Origin: an uncultured bacterium
Lineage (GTDB): Bacteria; Campylobacterota; Campylobacteria; Campylobacterales; Sulfurovaceae
Length of the DNA stretch: 64,000 nt
Assembly: GCA_965602275.1 (NCBI GenBank)
Contig: CBFCXZ010000009.1
Coordinates: 6,719-70,718, forward strand
Reading direction: 5' to 3'
Positions within the stretch are counted from its first letter, which is position 1; every line of letters starts with the position of its first letter. The translations under genes and the position numbers were made by a program. The notes beneath the pieces are model-generated. The model made no database searches and was not told where the DNA came from. It worked only from the letters and a program-made list of their open reading frames with translations. Shown piece after piece: positions 9,553-18,708 of the stretch.

Positions 9553-11102
9553 TGTCGGTCATTATTATCCAATTTGGCTTCGGCCTCAGCTTTGAGGTGA
9601 AGCGCCTTGCGATCGAGTTTTCCGGTAGGTGTCTTGGGTAACTGCTCCAATACACTCCAGCGATCGGGTACCTTGTAGGCTGCAATGCGGGTTGATACCC
9701 AGGTTTTCAGCCCAGCTATATCCAAGTGTTTTACATTGGATTTCCATTCAATATAAGCCGCCAGGATAGCACCATAGTGCGCATCAGGAATACCCACAAC
9801 ACAGCTTTCTTTGATATCAGGATATGAATTAATGACATCCTCAACTTCATGTGGCCCAACGTTTTCTCCACCGTGAATAATGATCTCGCCTTTACGCTCA
9901 AGAAAGGTATAGAACCCATCCTCATCACAGGAGGCGATATCATCACCATAGAGCCAGCCATCCCGCAGAGCTTTCTTCGTATTCTCCGGATCTTCCCAGT
10001 ACCCGATCATTACACTGTCACCCTGCACGATGATCTCACCTGCCTCGCCAGGAGCTACGTCGTTACCGTCGGGGTCAACCAGCCGGACCTTCATGCCCTC
10101 AGAAGGCTTGCCTATAGTCCTATTACGCTTGGGGCCTGAGGGGCGATTGGAAAGATAGCCCTCACATTCGGTCATGCCAAAGGCCTGAAGCAAGTCATGT
10201 CCTGTACGCTTTTTGAAGCGCTGATACAAATCATGTGAGCATTCGTCACCGGCAACAAAACATGCCTTGAGCGAACTTATATCGGTTGTTTCTGATAGAG
10301 GGCTCTCCATCATCTCCAGCAACATGGTAGGCAGCATAAGGGTAGTGTCAATATGATAGTGCTCTATGGCCTGCAGCAGACTGTCTGCCTGTAGTTCAGG
10401 TTCAAGAACAAGGGTGCAACCTGCAAGAAAGGCCGGCATAGTGATACCGGAAAGCCCTGCGATGTAACCAACTCCGGTTGAAACAAGCAAAATGGTTTCC
10501 GGACGGATCTCTTTGGTTGCCACCTGGACCCATGCATTGCCCAGCAGCGAAAAATGCGTATGGATCACCCCTTTGGGGCGGGCTGTACTACCTGATGTAT
10601 AAAAAATTACAGCAGGGTCATCCGGATGTATCTGAGGCCACTCATAGTTAGTTGGTACTTTGACCGGATGTTGATGTAGAGTTCCTTCATGCTGTCCCGG
10701 ATCATCGTCATAAACCATGATATGTTCCAAGGATGAAACAGTTTGATCGATATCTTTCGTTATAGCAGAGAACATTTTGTCGATAATGAGCAGCCGGCAT
10801 TTACTGTGATTCAGGGCGAATTCGATTTCCGGTCTCTGGTAATGGGTATTTACCGGAACTACAATAGCGCCTATTCGAAAGCAGGCAAAGTAGAGGAATA
10901 GCATATCCGGCCGGTTGGGGAACATCAATCCCACTCTATCATTACGCCCGATCCCAAGCCCCAGTAGCATTCGTGCATCTGCATCGATATTATCATAGAA
11001 TTCGCCATAACTAATAGATCGGTCTTCAAAGCAGATCGCTGTTTTTTGCGGATCACTCTTGGCATGCTTCCTGATAAGGTCATCAAGTATTTTTGGTTTC
11101 AT
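9546..11102 (-). CDS. AMP-binding acyl-CoA synthetase (second paralog)
   Basis: YTSGSTARPKG, AFGMTEC, GDDI and LPKTPTGKLDRK. Confidence 0.92.
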   Translation of the reverse strand: MKPKILDDLIRKHAKSDPQKTAICFEDRSISYGEFYDNIDADARMLLGLGIGRNDRVGLMFPNRPDMLFLYFACFRIGAIVVPVNTHYQRPEIEFALNHSKCRLLIIDKMFSAITKDIDQTVSSLEHIMVYDDDPGQHEGTLHQHPVKVPTNYEWPQIHPDDPAVIFYTSGSTARPKGVIHTHFSLLGNAWVQVATKEIRPETILLVSTGVGYIAGLSGITMPAFLAGCTLVLEPELQADSLLQAIEHYHIDTTLMLPTMLLEMMESPLSETTDISSLKACFVAGDECSHDLYQRFKKRTGHDLLQAFGMTECEGYLSNRPSGPKRNRTIGKPSEGMKVRLVDPDGNDVAPGEAGEIIVQGDSVMIGYWEDPENTKKALRDGWLYGDDIASCDEDGFYTFLERKGEIIIHGGENVGPHEVEDVINSYPDIKESCVVGIPDAHYGAILAAYIEWKSNVKHLDIAGLKTWVSTRIAAYKVPDRWSVLEQLPKTPTGKLDRKALHLKAEAEAKLDNNDRHQ

Positions 11103-11359
11103 GATACTTATTCCATTCCTTTATAGTGTTAATACCCAATTGATCTTATAATAGTATATCAATATTTATTAACACTTTAATAATATTTGAGTGATTTTAT
11201 GTATGCTATTCTATTTCTAAAAAATTCAGTATTTCCAAAGTTGAAATATCATTATGGACCTGCTGATCAAATTTGCAAAAAATAGTACAAAAGAGTAGAA
11301 TAATATAAAGAGCTATGTTAAAAAAATACTTTTTTTGATAAAGAGAAATAGGAGAAAGT

Positions 11360-11872
11360 ATGAAAAAGATATTGATAAAAGTGCTTGTGGTTCTTCTAAA
11401 TATGGCATTTTTGTGTTTACCTGCCGCTGCACAAGCTGAAAAACTGGAAACTTCATCGTCTCAGGATATGCTGATAAAGAGTGAGGTTGAAACAGCAGTT
11501 AGTATGTTGCAGGCAATACATACAAAGCATCAAAAGGGTGAAATGAACCTTGTGCAGGCAAAAAAGCTTGGTGCCAACCTTCTGAGGGAACTCAGGTATG
11601 GTACTGAAGGATATTTCTGGGCTGATACAACAGAGGGTGTTAATGTTGTTTTGTACGGTAAAAAAGATGTGGAAGGAAAGAATCGGCTCGAGAACAAAGA
11701 CCAAAACGGTATATTCTATATAAAGGAATTTTTGATAATCGGTAAAGCCGGAGGTGGGTATGTCGAATATTGGTTTCCGAAGAAGGGTGAGACTATTGCT
11801 CAGCCAAAGCGATCCTACGTGCTCTTATTTAAACCGTTTGGATGGGTGGTTGGGAGTGGCTACTACCGCTGA
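11360..11872 (+). CDS. Stand-alone exported single Cache (sCache_2-like) domain protein
   Basis: Signal peptide (…PAAAQA). LRYGTEGYFWAD, KDQNG.FYIKEF, YVEYWFPK and PKRSYV Cache motifs. No TM or output domain. Confidence 0.88.
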   Translation: MKKILIKVLVVLLNMAFLCLPAAAQAEKLETSSSQDMLIKSEVETAVSMLQAIHTKHQKGEMNLVQAKKLGANLLRELRYGTEGYFWADTTEGVNVVLYGKKDVEGKNRLENKDQNGIFYIKEFLIIGKAGGGYVEYWFPKKGETIAQPKRSYVLLFKPFGWVVGSGYYR

Positions 11873-11898
11873 AAAGATCAAAAGAAGAAAGAGAAATT

Positions 11899-12795
11899 AT
11901 GCTGAAAGTATTTATACCAAGATTTGTCTTCATCGTATTCGCGAGTATGATGATGTATTCATTATCTTATGCTGAAAATCTTGATACGAAAGCACAAAAA
12001 CACAATGCAGCAATAGAACTGGAATACTTTGTCAAGAGAGGTGCAGTATTGATCGCGGAAAAAGGAGAAAAAGCGTTTGCTGCATTCAGGCAAAAGGGAA
12101 GCGAATGGTTCAATGATGACCGATATGCTTTTGTCTGGGACATGAATGGATTGCGATACGTGTACCCACCAGATAGAAAGGGTGAGGGGGATCAGGTACG
12201 CAGTCTTAAAGACGTAGATGATAAATCGATCGGAGAGCTGATGATCGAGGTAGCCTCATCCAAAGAAGGGAAAGGGTGGATCCATTACCGTTGGCCTAAA
12301 CCCGGCAAAGTTACTCCAAGCTGGAAAAGTACTTATGTGATGAAGGTGCAGAGCCCTTCGGGTAAAGCATTTATTATCGGAAGCGGTGCTTATGACATGC
12401 CAGTACAAAAATCATTTGTGGTGGATGCTGTCAACTCAGCTGTAAAACTGCTTGAACGTGAAGGTTCAAAAGCATTCGACATGCTCAGGGACATGCGGAG
12501 CCAGTATATTTATCAGGATACTTATGTTTTTGTGATTGCAGACGATGGTGTCGAGCTGGTCAATGCAGCCTTTCCGAAACTTGAGGGACGAAATGTGATT
12601 GACTATAAAGATGCCGATGGAAATTATATGGTAAAAGCGTTTATTAATGTAGCTAAAAACAAGGGGCATGGATGGGTGGATTATCTATGGCCAAAACCCG
12701 GAGACGTTGAAAAATCGCAGAAATCAACGTATGTCCGAAAAGCGATGGTGGACGGCAATATGGTCGTTGTCTGTGCCGGATTATATCGGGATTAG
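11899..12795 (+). CDS. Stand-alone exported protein with two tandem Cache domains
   Basis: Signal peptide (…SLSYA). Two repeats of Y.FV.D/…KD.DG/…GW..Y.WPKPG…KSTYV. No output domain. Confidence 0.88.
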   Translation: MLKVFIPRFVFIVFASMMMYSLSYAENLDTKAQKHNAAIELEYFVKRGAVLIAEKGEKAFAAFRQKGSEWFNDDRYAFVWDMNGLRYVYPPDRKGEGDQVRSLKDVDDKSIGELMIEVASSKEGKGWIHYRWPKPGKVTPSWKSTYVMKVQSPSGKAFIIGSGAYDMPVQKSFVVDAVNSAVKLLEREGSKAFDMLRDMRSQYIYQDTYVFVIADDGVELVNAAFPKLEGRNVIDYKDADGNYMVKAFINVAKNKGHGWVDYLWPKPGDVEKSQKSTYVRKAMVDGNMVVVCAGLYRD

Positions 12796-12907
12796 AGAGG
12801 TGAAGTTATCAGATAAGCAACTTCATTATCTTCTTAAGTGCCTTGCGATAAAATAGTTAAAAGGTATCTTTAAAGAGACTTTTATTTGTATGAAGTGAAA
12901 GGTTTTC

Positions 12908-15900
12908 ATGAAAACGGACATCATAGTAGTAGATGGAAATGAAGCAGCAGTACGTATTGCCCATAAACTCAACGAAATTATTGTTATCTATCCGATCACA
13001 CCAGCATCGCCGATGGGAGAGTGGGCTGATGTCTATTCGGCGCATGGTGATAAAAATATTTGGGGAACCGTTCCTGATGTGACAGAGATGCAAAGCGAAG
13101 CTGGAGCAGCCGGAGCAGTACATGGATCGTTGCAAACCGGTTCGTTGACTACGACTTTTACCGCCTCCCAAGGGTTGCTGTTGATGCTGCCAAATATGTA
13201 TAAAATAGCCGGTGAATTAACCTCGACTGTTTTTCATGTTGCCGCACGTTCCATTGCCGCGCAGGGACTCTCTATTTTTGGCGATCATACGGATGTTATG
13301 TCGGTGCGTCAAAGCGGTTTTGCCATGCTGGTGTCGAATTCGGTGCAGGAGGTGCATGATTTTACCCTGATTTCTCAGGCGGCGACTTTAAAAGCCCGTG
13401 TACCATTTTTACATTTCTTTGACGGCTTCCGTACCTCGCATGAAGTCAAAAAAATAGATGCTATCAGTGATGATGTCATGCGTACTATGATCGATCATGA
13501 TCTCATCGAAGCGCACCGCAACCGTGCCCTTTCGCCCGAGCATCCGTTTATCCGCGGAACGGCACAAAATCCAGACCTTTATTTTCAAGGACGTGAAAGC
13601 GTCAATACCTTCTATCTTGAAACCCCGGCGATCGTTGAAGATGCTATGAACCAGTTTGCTGCCCTTACGGGGCGAGCGTACGGTCTTTTCGACTATGTCG
13701 GTGATAGAGATGCCGAACGCGTTATTGTTCTGATGGGTTCAGGGGCAGAAACGGTTCACGAAACCGTCGAATACCTTCAAGGCAAAGGCGAAAAAATTGG
13801 TGTGATCAAAGTGCGTCTTTTCCGTCCTTTCTCTATTGCACACTTTATTGCCGTCCTGCCTGAGAGCGTTACTTCTATCGCGGTGCTTGATCGGACGAAG
13901 GAACCGGGTTCCGTCGGCGAACCGCTCTACCAGGATATCCTCACTGCTCTGAGTGAAGCCCATAACGAAGGGAGCTTGAGACTCAAACACTTTCCGAAAG
14001 TGATCGGTGGACGCTACGGCCTCTCTTCCAAAGAGTTTACCCCGGCGATGGTCAAGCGTGTTTTTGACGAGCTTAAACAAGAAAACCAGAAACAGCATTT
14101 TACCATCGGTATCATTGACGATGTGACCCACATGAGCCTGGAGTGGGATCCTGATTTTATTATTGAAAATGATGCCACGTTCAGAGGGGTCTTTTACGGG
14201 CTCGGTTCGGATGGCACGGTTGGGGCAAATAAGAACACGATTAAAATCATCGGGGAAGAGACAGAGAATGAAGTGCAGGGTTATTTTGTCTATGATTCCA
14301 AAAAATCAGGCTCCATGACGGTGTCGCACCTGCGTATCAGTCAGCTGCCTATCCATTCGACCTACCTTATTCAAAAGGCCAACTTTATTGCCTGCCACCA
14401 GGCCGTTTTCCTTGAGAAGTTTGACATTCTCCTGACGGCGGAACGCGGCGCCTCTTTCTTGTTGAACTCGCCGCATAAGAAAGAGGAAGTATGGCACCGT
14501 CTGCCCCGCCGTATCCAGCGGGAGATTATGGAAAAAGAGCTCCGTTTTTATGTAATCAATGCTTATAGCGTTGCCAAAGAAGCGGGACTTCACCGGCGGA
14601 TCAACACCATTATGCAGACCTGTTTTTTCACGATTACGAGTGTCATGAGGCATAAGGATCACTCCAAAAGAATCAAGCAGGCCATCGAACAGACCTATGG
14701 AAAACAGGGTGAGGAGGTTGTTCGGAAAAATTTTGCCGCTGTCGATATCACTCTGGAAAACCTTTACGAAATCACGGTTCCCGACAAACTTGACAGTGAT
14801 ATAGAAATGCTCTCCCCGATCAGTGGCAGCGTCCCTGACTTTGTCCAAAATGTCACAGCAAAACTGATTGCCGGACAAGGTGACACCCTGCCAGTCAGCA
14901 TGGTTCCTGCTGACGGGACATGGCCGAGTGGTACGACGCAGTATGAAAAGCGCAATATTGCGATGGAAGTACCCGTATGGGAACCGCAGTTGTGCATACA
15001 GTGCAACAAGTGTGTCACCGTCTGTCCGCACAGCGTTATCCGGGGAAAAGTCTATGATGAAGCCTTACTGGAGCATGCGCCGGAAACATTCAAAGATATC
15101 CCGGCCAAAGGTAAAATGTTTGAAAAGGCAGAGCATTTTACCATTCAGATTTCCGTAGAAGATTGTACCGGCTGTATGCTTTGTGTCGAGGAGTGTCCGG
15201 CTGAGAGTAAAGAGGTCGCCGGGAGAAAAGCGATTAATATGATGCCCATCCACCCGCTGTTGGATGCCGAAAAAGAGAACTGGAATTTTTTCAGTCACAT
15301 TGAGGAGATTGACCGCAGCCGTCTAAATCATTCAAAGATCAAAGAGGCACAGTTGCTCGAACCGCTATTTGAATTTTCAGGAGCTTGCCCGGGGTGTGGA
15401 GAGACGCCATACATCAAACTGGCGACCCAGCTCTTCGGCGACCGCATGATCGTTGCCAATGCCACGGGCTGCTCTTCTATCTACGGTGGAAACCTACCGA
15501 CAACACCATGGAGTGTCAACAAAGAGGGAAGAGGTCCTGCCTGGTCCAATTCGCTTTTTGAAGATAATGCAGAGTTCGGTCTGGGGTTCCGGCTGAGTAT
15601 CGATAAACAGTCCATACAGGCCAGAGAGCTTCTTCAGGCAGTCGGCGACACTGTTCCGCATGATCTGGTATCGAAAATTTTAAGTGCTGACCAAAAGGAT
15701 GAAGCGGCAATTTTTGAGCAGCGTAAACGCGTTGATATACTTAAAGAAAAGCTCAAAAAGGTATCCCATGCCAAAGTAAACGAGCTTCTGGAAGTTGCCA
15801 ATTATCTTGTTAAAAAATCAGTCTGGATGATTGGTGGAGACGGCTGGGCCTACGATATCGGCTACGGTGGTGTCGACCATGTGCTTGACAGTGGAAAAAA

Positions 15901-16456
15901 TGTCAATATTCTAGTGTTGGATACGCAAGTCTATTCCAACACCGGTGGTCAACAGTCCAAAGCCACCCCTACGGGAGCGGTAGCAAAATTCGCAGCCAAC
16001 GGCAAAGCGGCTCTGCCAAAAGATCTTGCCCGGATGGCGATGGCGTATGAGAATGTCTATGTCGCACGTGTCGCGATGGGTGCCAGTGATTCGCAGACAC
16101 TCAAAGCTTTGATGGAAGCCGAGCAGTATGACGGTCCCTCACTCATCATCGCCTACAGCCACTGCATCGCGCATGGCTATGATCTGCGGTTTGGTATGCA
16201 CCAACAGCGTCTTGCCGTTGAGTGCGGATTATGGCCGCTGTTCCGCTATCATCCTGAACGTGCCGAGAGAGGTGAACATCCTCTAACACTCGATTATAAA
16301 AAACCTAAAATCCCGGTCAGCGAATATATGAAGAACGAGATGCGTTTCAGTATGGTACACCGTATGGACCCTGAACGTGAAGCCGCTTTTATTCAGAAGG
16401 CGCAAAAGCATGCAGATGATATGTGGGAGATTTATAAGAACTTGAGTGATTTTTAA
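12908..16456 (+). CDS. nifJ: Pyruvate:ferredoxin (flavodoxin) oxidoreductase, single-chain NifJ type
   Basis: IYPITP, EMQSEAGAAG, FTASQGLLLM, two CxxCxxCxxxCP ferredoxin motifs, FSGACPGCGE and GGDGWAYDIG. Confidence 0.97.
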   Translation: MKTDIIVVDGNEAAVRIAHKLNEIIVIYPITPASPMGEWADVYSAHGDKNIWGTVPDVTEMQSEAGAAGAVHGSLQTGSLTTTFTASQGLLLMLPNMYKIAGELTSTVFHVAARSIAAQGLSIFGDHTDVMSVRQSGFAMLVSNSVQEVHDFTLISQAATLKARVPFLHFFDGFRTSHEVKKIDAISDDVMRTMIDHDLIEAHRNRALSPEHPFIRGTAQNPDLYFQGRESVNTFYLETPAIVEDAMNQFAALTGRAYGLFDYVGDRDAERVIVLMGSGAETVHETVEYLQGKGEKIGVIKVRLFRPFSIAHFIAVLPESVTSIAVLDRTKEPGSVGEPLYQDILTALSEAHNEGSLRLKHFPKVIGGRYGLSSKEFTPAMVKRVFDELKQENQKQHFTIGIIDDVTHMSLEWDPDFIIENDATFRGVFYGLGSDGTVGANKNTIKIIGEETENEVQGYFVYDSKKSGSMTVSHLRISQLPIHSTYLIQKANFIACHQAVFLEKFDILLTAERGASFLLNSPHKKEEVWHRLPRRIQREIMEKELRFYVINAYSVAKEAGLHRRINTIMQTCFFTITSVMRHKDHSKRIKQAIEQTYGKQGEEVVRKNFAAVDITLENLYEITVPDKLDSDIEMLSPISGSVPDFVQNVTAKLIAGQGDTLPVSMVPADGTWPSGTTQYEKRNIAMEVPVWEPQLCIQCNKCVTVCPHSVIRGKVYDEALLEHAPETFKDIPAKGKMFEKAEHFTIQISVEDCTGCMLCVEECPAESKEVAGRKAINMMPIHPLLDAEKENWNFFSHIEEIDRSRLNHSKIKEAQLLEPLFEFSGACPGCGETPYIKLATQLFGDRMIVANATGCSSIYGGNLPTTPWSVNKEGRGPAWSNSLFEDNAEFGLGFRLSIDKQSIQARELLQAVGDTVPHDLVSKILSADQKDEAAIFEQRKRVDILKEKLKKVSHAKVNELLEVANYLVKKSVWMIGGDGWAYDIGYGGVDHVLDSGKNVNILVLDTQVYSNTGGQQSKATPTGAVAKFAANGKAALPKDLARMAMAYENVYVARVAMGASDSQTLKALMEAEQYDGPSLIIAYSHCIAHGYDLRFGMHQQRLAVECGLWPLFRYHPERAERGEHPLTLDYKKPKIPVSEYMKNEMRFSMVHRMDPEREAAFIQKAQKHADDMWEIYKNLSDF

Positions 16457-16587
16457 TTTTAATTGAACCACTTGCAAATTCAACCCCACAAAATAGCTTA
16501 TTTTAGGTTGCATCAATTTTTCTATTGAAAAAACTATGTTTGAAGTTATTTTATAGTGAAAAGCTAAAATCTGCTAAAAATTCTGGA

Positions 16588-17388
16588 TTATGGGTTTGAC
16601 AGCAGGAAATCCAGCACACGGTCGGTAAATACCTGGGGTTGTTCCATATGAATGGAATGGGCGGCATGTGCTATGACAGAAAAGGCTGCTCCTGGAATCG
16701 CCTGCGCTATGGAAGCGGATGCATCTGGAGGGAAGAGGATATCCTCTTGTCCGCTGATAATCAACGTCTTTGCAGTGACACCGGAAAGTTGTTCGAAACA
16801 GTCAAATCCTGAGATCGCCTCTACTTGTTTTCTAAAAGCAACCGCACTTTGAGGATACGGGTAATCAACGGCATAGCGGAGTGCAGCGTCTATGGCATCC
16901 CCATTTTCAAAAAATTGTTCTGTAAAGAGCCAGTAGAAGATGCTGCGGAACCACTGCATTTTATCCATACCTGATTCCAGGGTTGATGCCCAATCGGAAA
17001 AAAGTACATCATTGCATTTCGGGTTAGAGGCTGATGTGCCTGCAAGTATCAGTTTGTCGACAGTATCTGGGTAACGGGTTGTAAGGTTTAGAGCAACGAA
17101 GCCACCCATCGAATGGCCAAGCAGATTAAAAGAGGAGAAGCCCAGATGTCTTGTAAGTGCCATGCAGTCATCAGCGATCTGCCGGATGCTTGTCTCAACG
17201 TCTTGCGGTACGGTTCTGCCTGTTCCTCTGTTATCCGGTGCAATGACCAGAAAGTGCCGTGAGAGTTCCTCCATAACTGGTTGCCAACTTTGGGAGTCAC
17301 TGCCCAGACCGGCAACTAGCATTAACGGTTCTCCTGTCCCCTGGATCTCGTAGTAAAGCGAAACATTATTGACTTGTATATTTGGCAT
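16588..17388 (-). CDS. Alpha/beta hydrolase (RutD / enol-lactonase-like)
   Basis: GHSMGG nucleophile elbow, GQED Asp, AHSIHME His. Confidence 0.88.
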   Translation of the reverse strand: MPNIQVNNVSLYYEIQGTGEPLMLVAGLGSDSQSWQPVMEELSRHFLVIAPDNRGTGRTVPQDVETSIRQIADDCMALTRHLGFSSFNLLGHSMGGFVALNLTTRYPDTVDKLILAGTSASNPKCNDVLFSDWASTLESGMDKMQWFRSIFYWLFTEQFFENGDAIDAALRYAVDYPYPQSAVAFRKQVEAISGFDCFEQLSGVTAKTLIISGQEDILFPPDASASIAQAIPGAAFSVIAHAAHSIHMEQPQVFTDRVLDFLLSNP

Positions 17389-17424
17389 AACATATTAACC
17401 TTTTTTTAATATTCTACTTCGCTT

Positions 17425-18708
17425 CTACAGTACAAAAAACACCAGTAAAGCAACGGCAGCCAAAACCCCCATAGCTATGTCGATCTGTTTATACCTGCCC
17501 TGAACCAGATTGATAAAAACAAAAACCAAAGCACCCAAAAGCAGACCGTTGGTGATGGAGTACATCAGTGGCATTCCCAGTACGATAAAAAAAGTACTGT
17601 ATTTTATGGCGGGATCTTGATAGTCTATATGCTTCACTTCACTGAACATCATAACGCCAATAACGATAAGGATAGGGTAGATCGCATTTGGAGGGATGGC
17701 TTTGAAAAAAGGGAGCAGAAACAGAGGTAAAATAAACAGCAGACCGACCACAACTGCACTAAGCCCTGTTCGCCCACCCTCTTCGACACCGGCGGCACTC
17801 TCAATGTAGGATGTTGTACTGGTCACTCCGGCAAGCCCGCTTAGCATTGTTGCAGCGGCATCTGCCTCAATGGTTTTTTGCAGCGGCAAGGAGTCCTTTT
17901 TATTAAAAAGATCTGCCCGCATTCCTACGCCGGTCAGTGTGCCAAGTGTATCAAAAATATCGGTGATCAAAAAGATGATAATGACCGGTATCATAGAGAG
18001 TGTCAAAACAGAGGGGATATCCAACTCAAATGCTATCGGCGCCATAGATGCAGGCATGGAGATAAACTCCTCCGGCAGCTTTTCGATACCTGTACCCCAT
18101 GCAAAGAGTGTTGTCAGAACGATTGAAAGGATAAAGGCACCTTTGTATTGTTTGAGTGTAAATAAAATTGCCAGAGCCAGACCAAACAGACCGAGCAGAA
18201 CATGGCTGTCTTGAAAACTGCCGATGGTTACGAGCGTTGAAGGACTGTCAACAATGATTTTCATCTGCTCTAATCCAATAAATGCAATAAAAGCACCGAT
18301 CCCCGCACTGACTGCTCGCTTGATGTCCATGGGAATAGTTTCGATCATCCAGCGTCGCAACGGTGTCATACTGATAAGTATATATAATATCCCAGAGACA
18401 AATACAATGCCCAGAGCACTCTGCCAGGGAATTCCCATCCCTTTGACCAGTCCGAAACTAAAATAGGCATTCAAACCCATACCAACACTCATAGCGATCG
18501 GAGTATTTGCCCAAAATCCATTGAGTATCGATGCGATGATGGTCATTACTGCCGTAGCCGTAATAAGGGCATCATAAGGCATGCCTGAAGCACTCATGAT
18601 GGAAGCATTCACCGGAACGATGTAGAGCATGGCCATAAACGTTGTAAACCCTGCAGTTATTTCGGTTCTGACATCTGTTCTGTGTTCTTGAAGTTTAAAA
18701 AGGTTCAT
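17425..18708 (-). CDS. NCS2 family (AzgA/PbuG-like) adenine/guanine/hypoxanthine permease
   Basis: RTEITAGFTTF.AM.YI..VN, GMGLNAYF, DIFDT.GTL and YIESAAGV.EGGRTGL. Confidence 0.95.
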   Translation of the reverse strand: MNLFKLQEHRTDVRTEITAGFTTFMAMLYIVPVNASIMSASGMPYDALITATAVMTIIASILNGFWANTPIAMSVGMGLNAYFSFGLVKGMGIPWQSALGIVFVSGILYILISMTPLRRWMIETIPMDIKRAVSAGIGAFIAFIGLEQMKIIVDSPSTLVTIGSFQDSHVLLGLFGLALAILFTLKQYKGAFILSIVLTTLFAWGTGIEKLPEEFISMPASMAPIAFELDIPSVLTLSMIPVIIIFLITDIFDTLGTLTGVGMRADLFNKKDSLPLQKTIEADAAATMLSGLAGVTSTTSYIESAAGVEEGGRTGLSAVVVGLLFILPLFLLPFFKAIPPNAIYPILIVIGVMMFSEVKHIDYQDPAIKYSTFFIVLGMPLMYSITNGLLLGALVFVFINLVQGRYKQIDIAMGVLAAVALLVFFVL

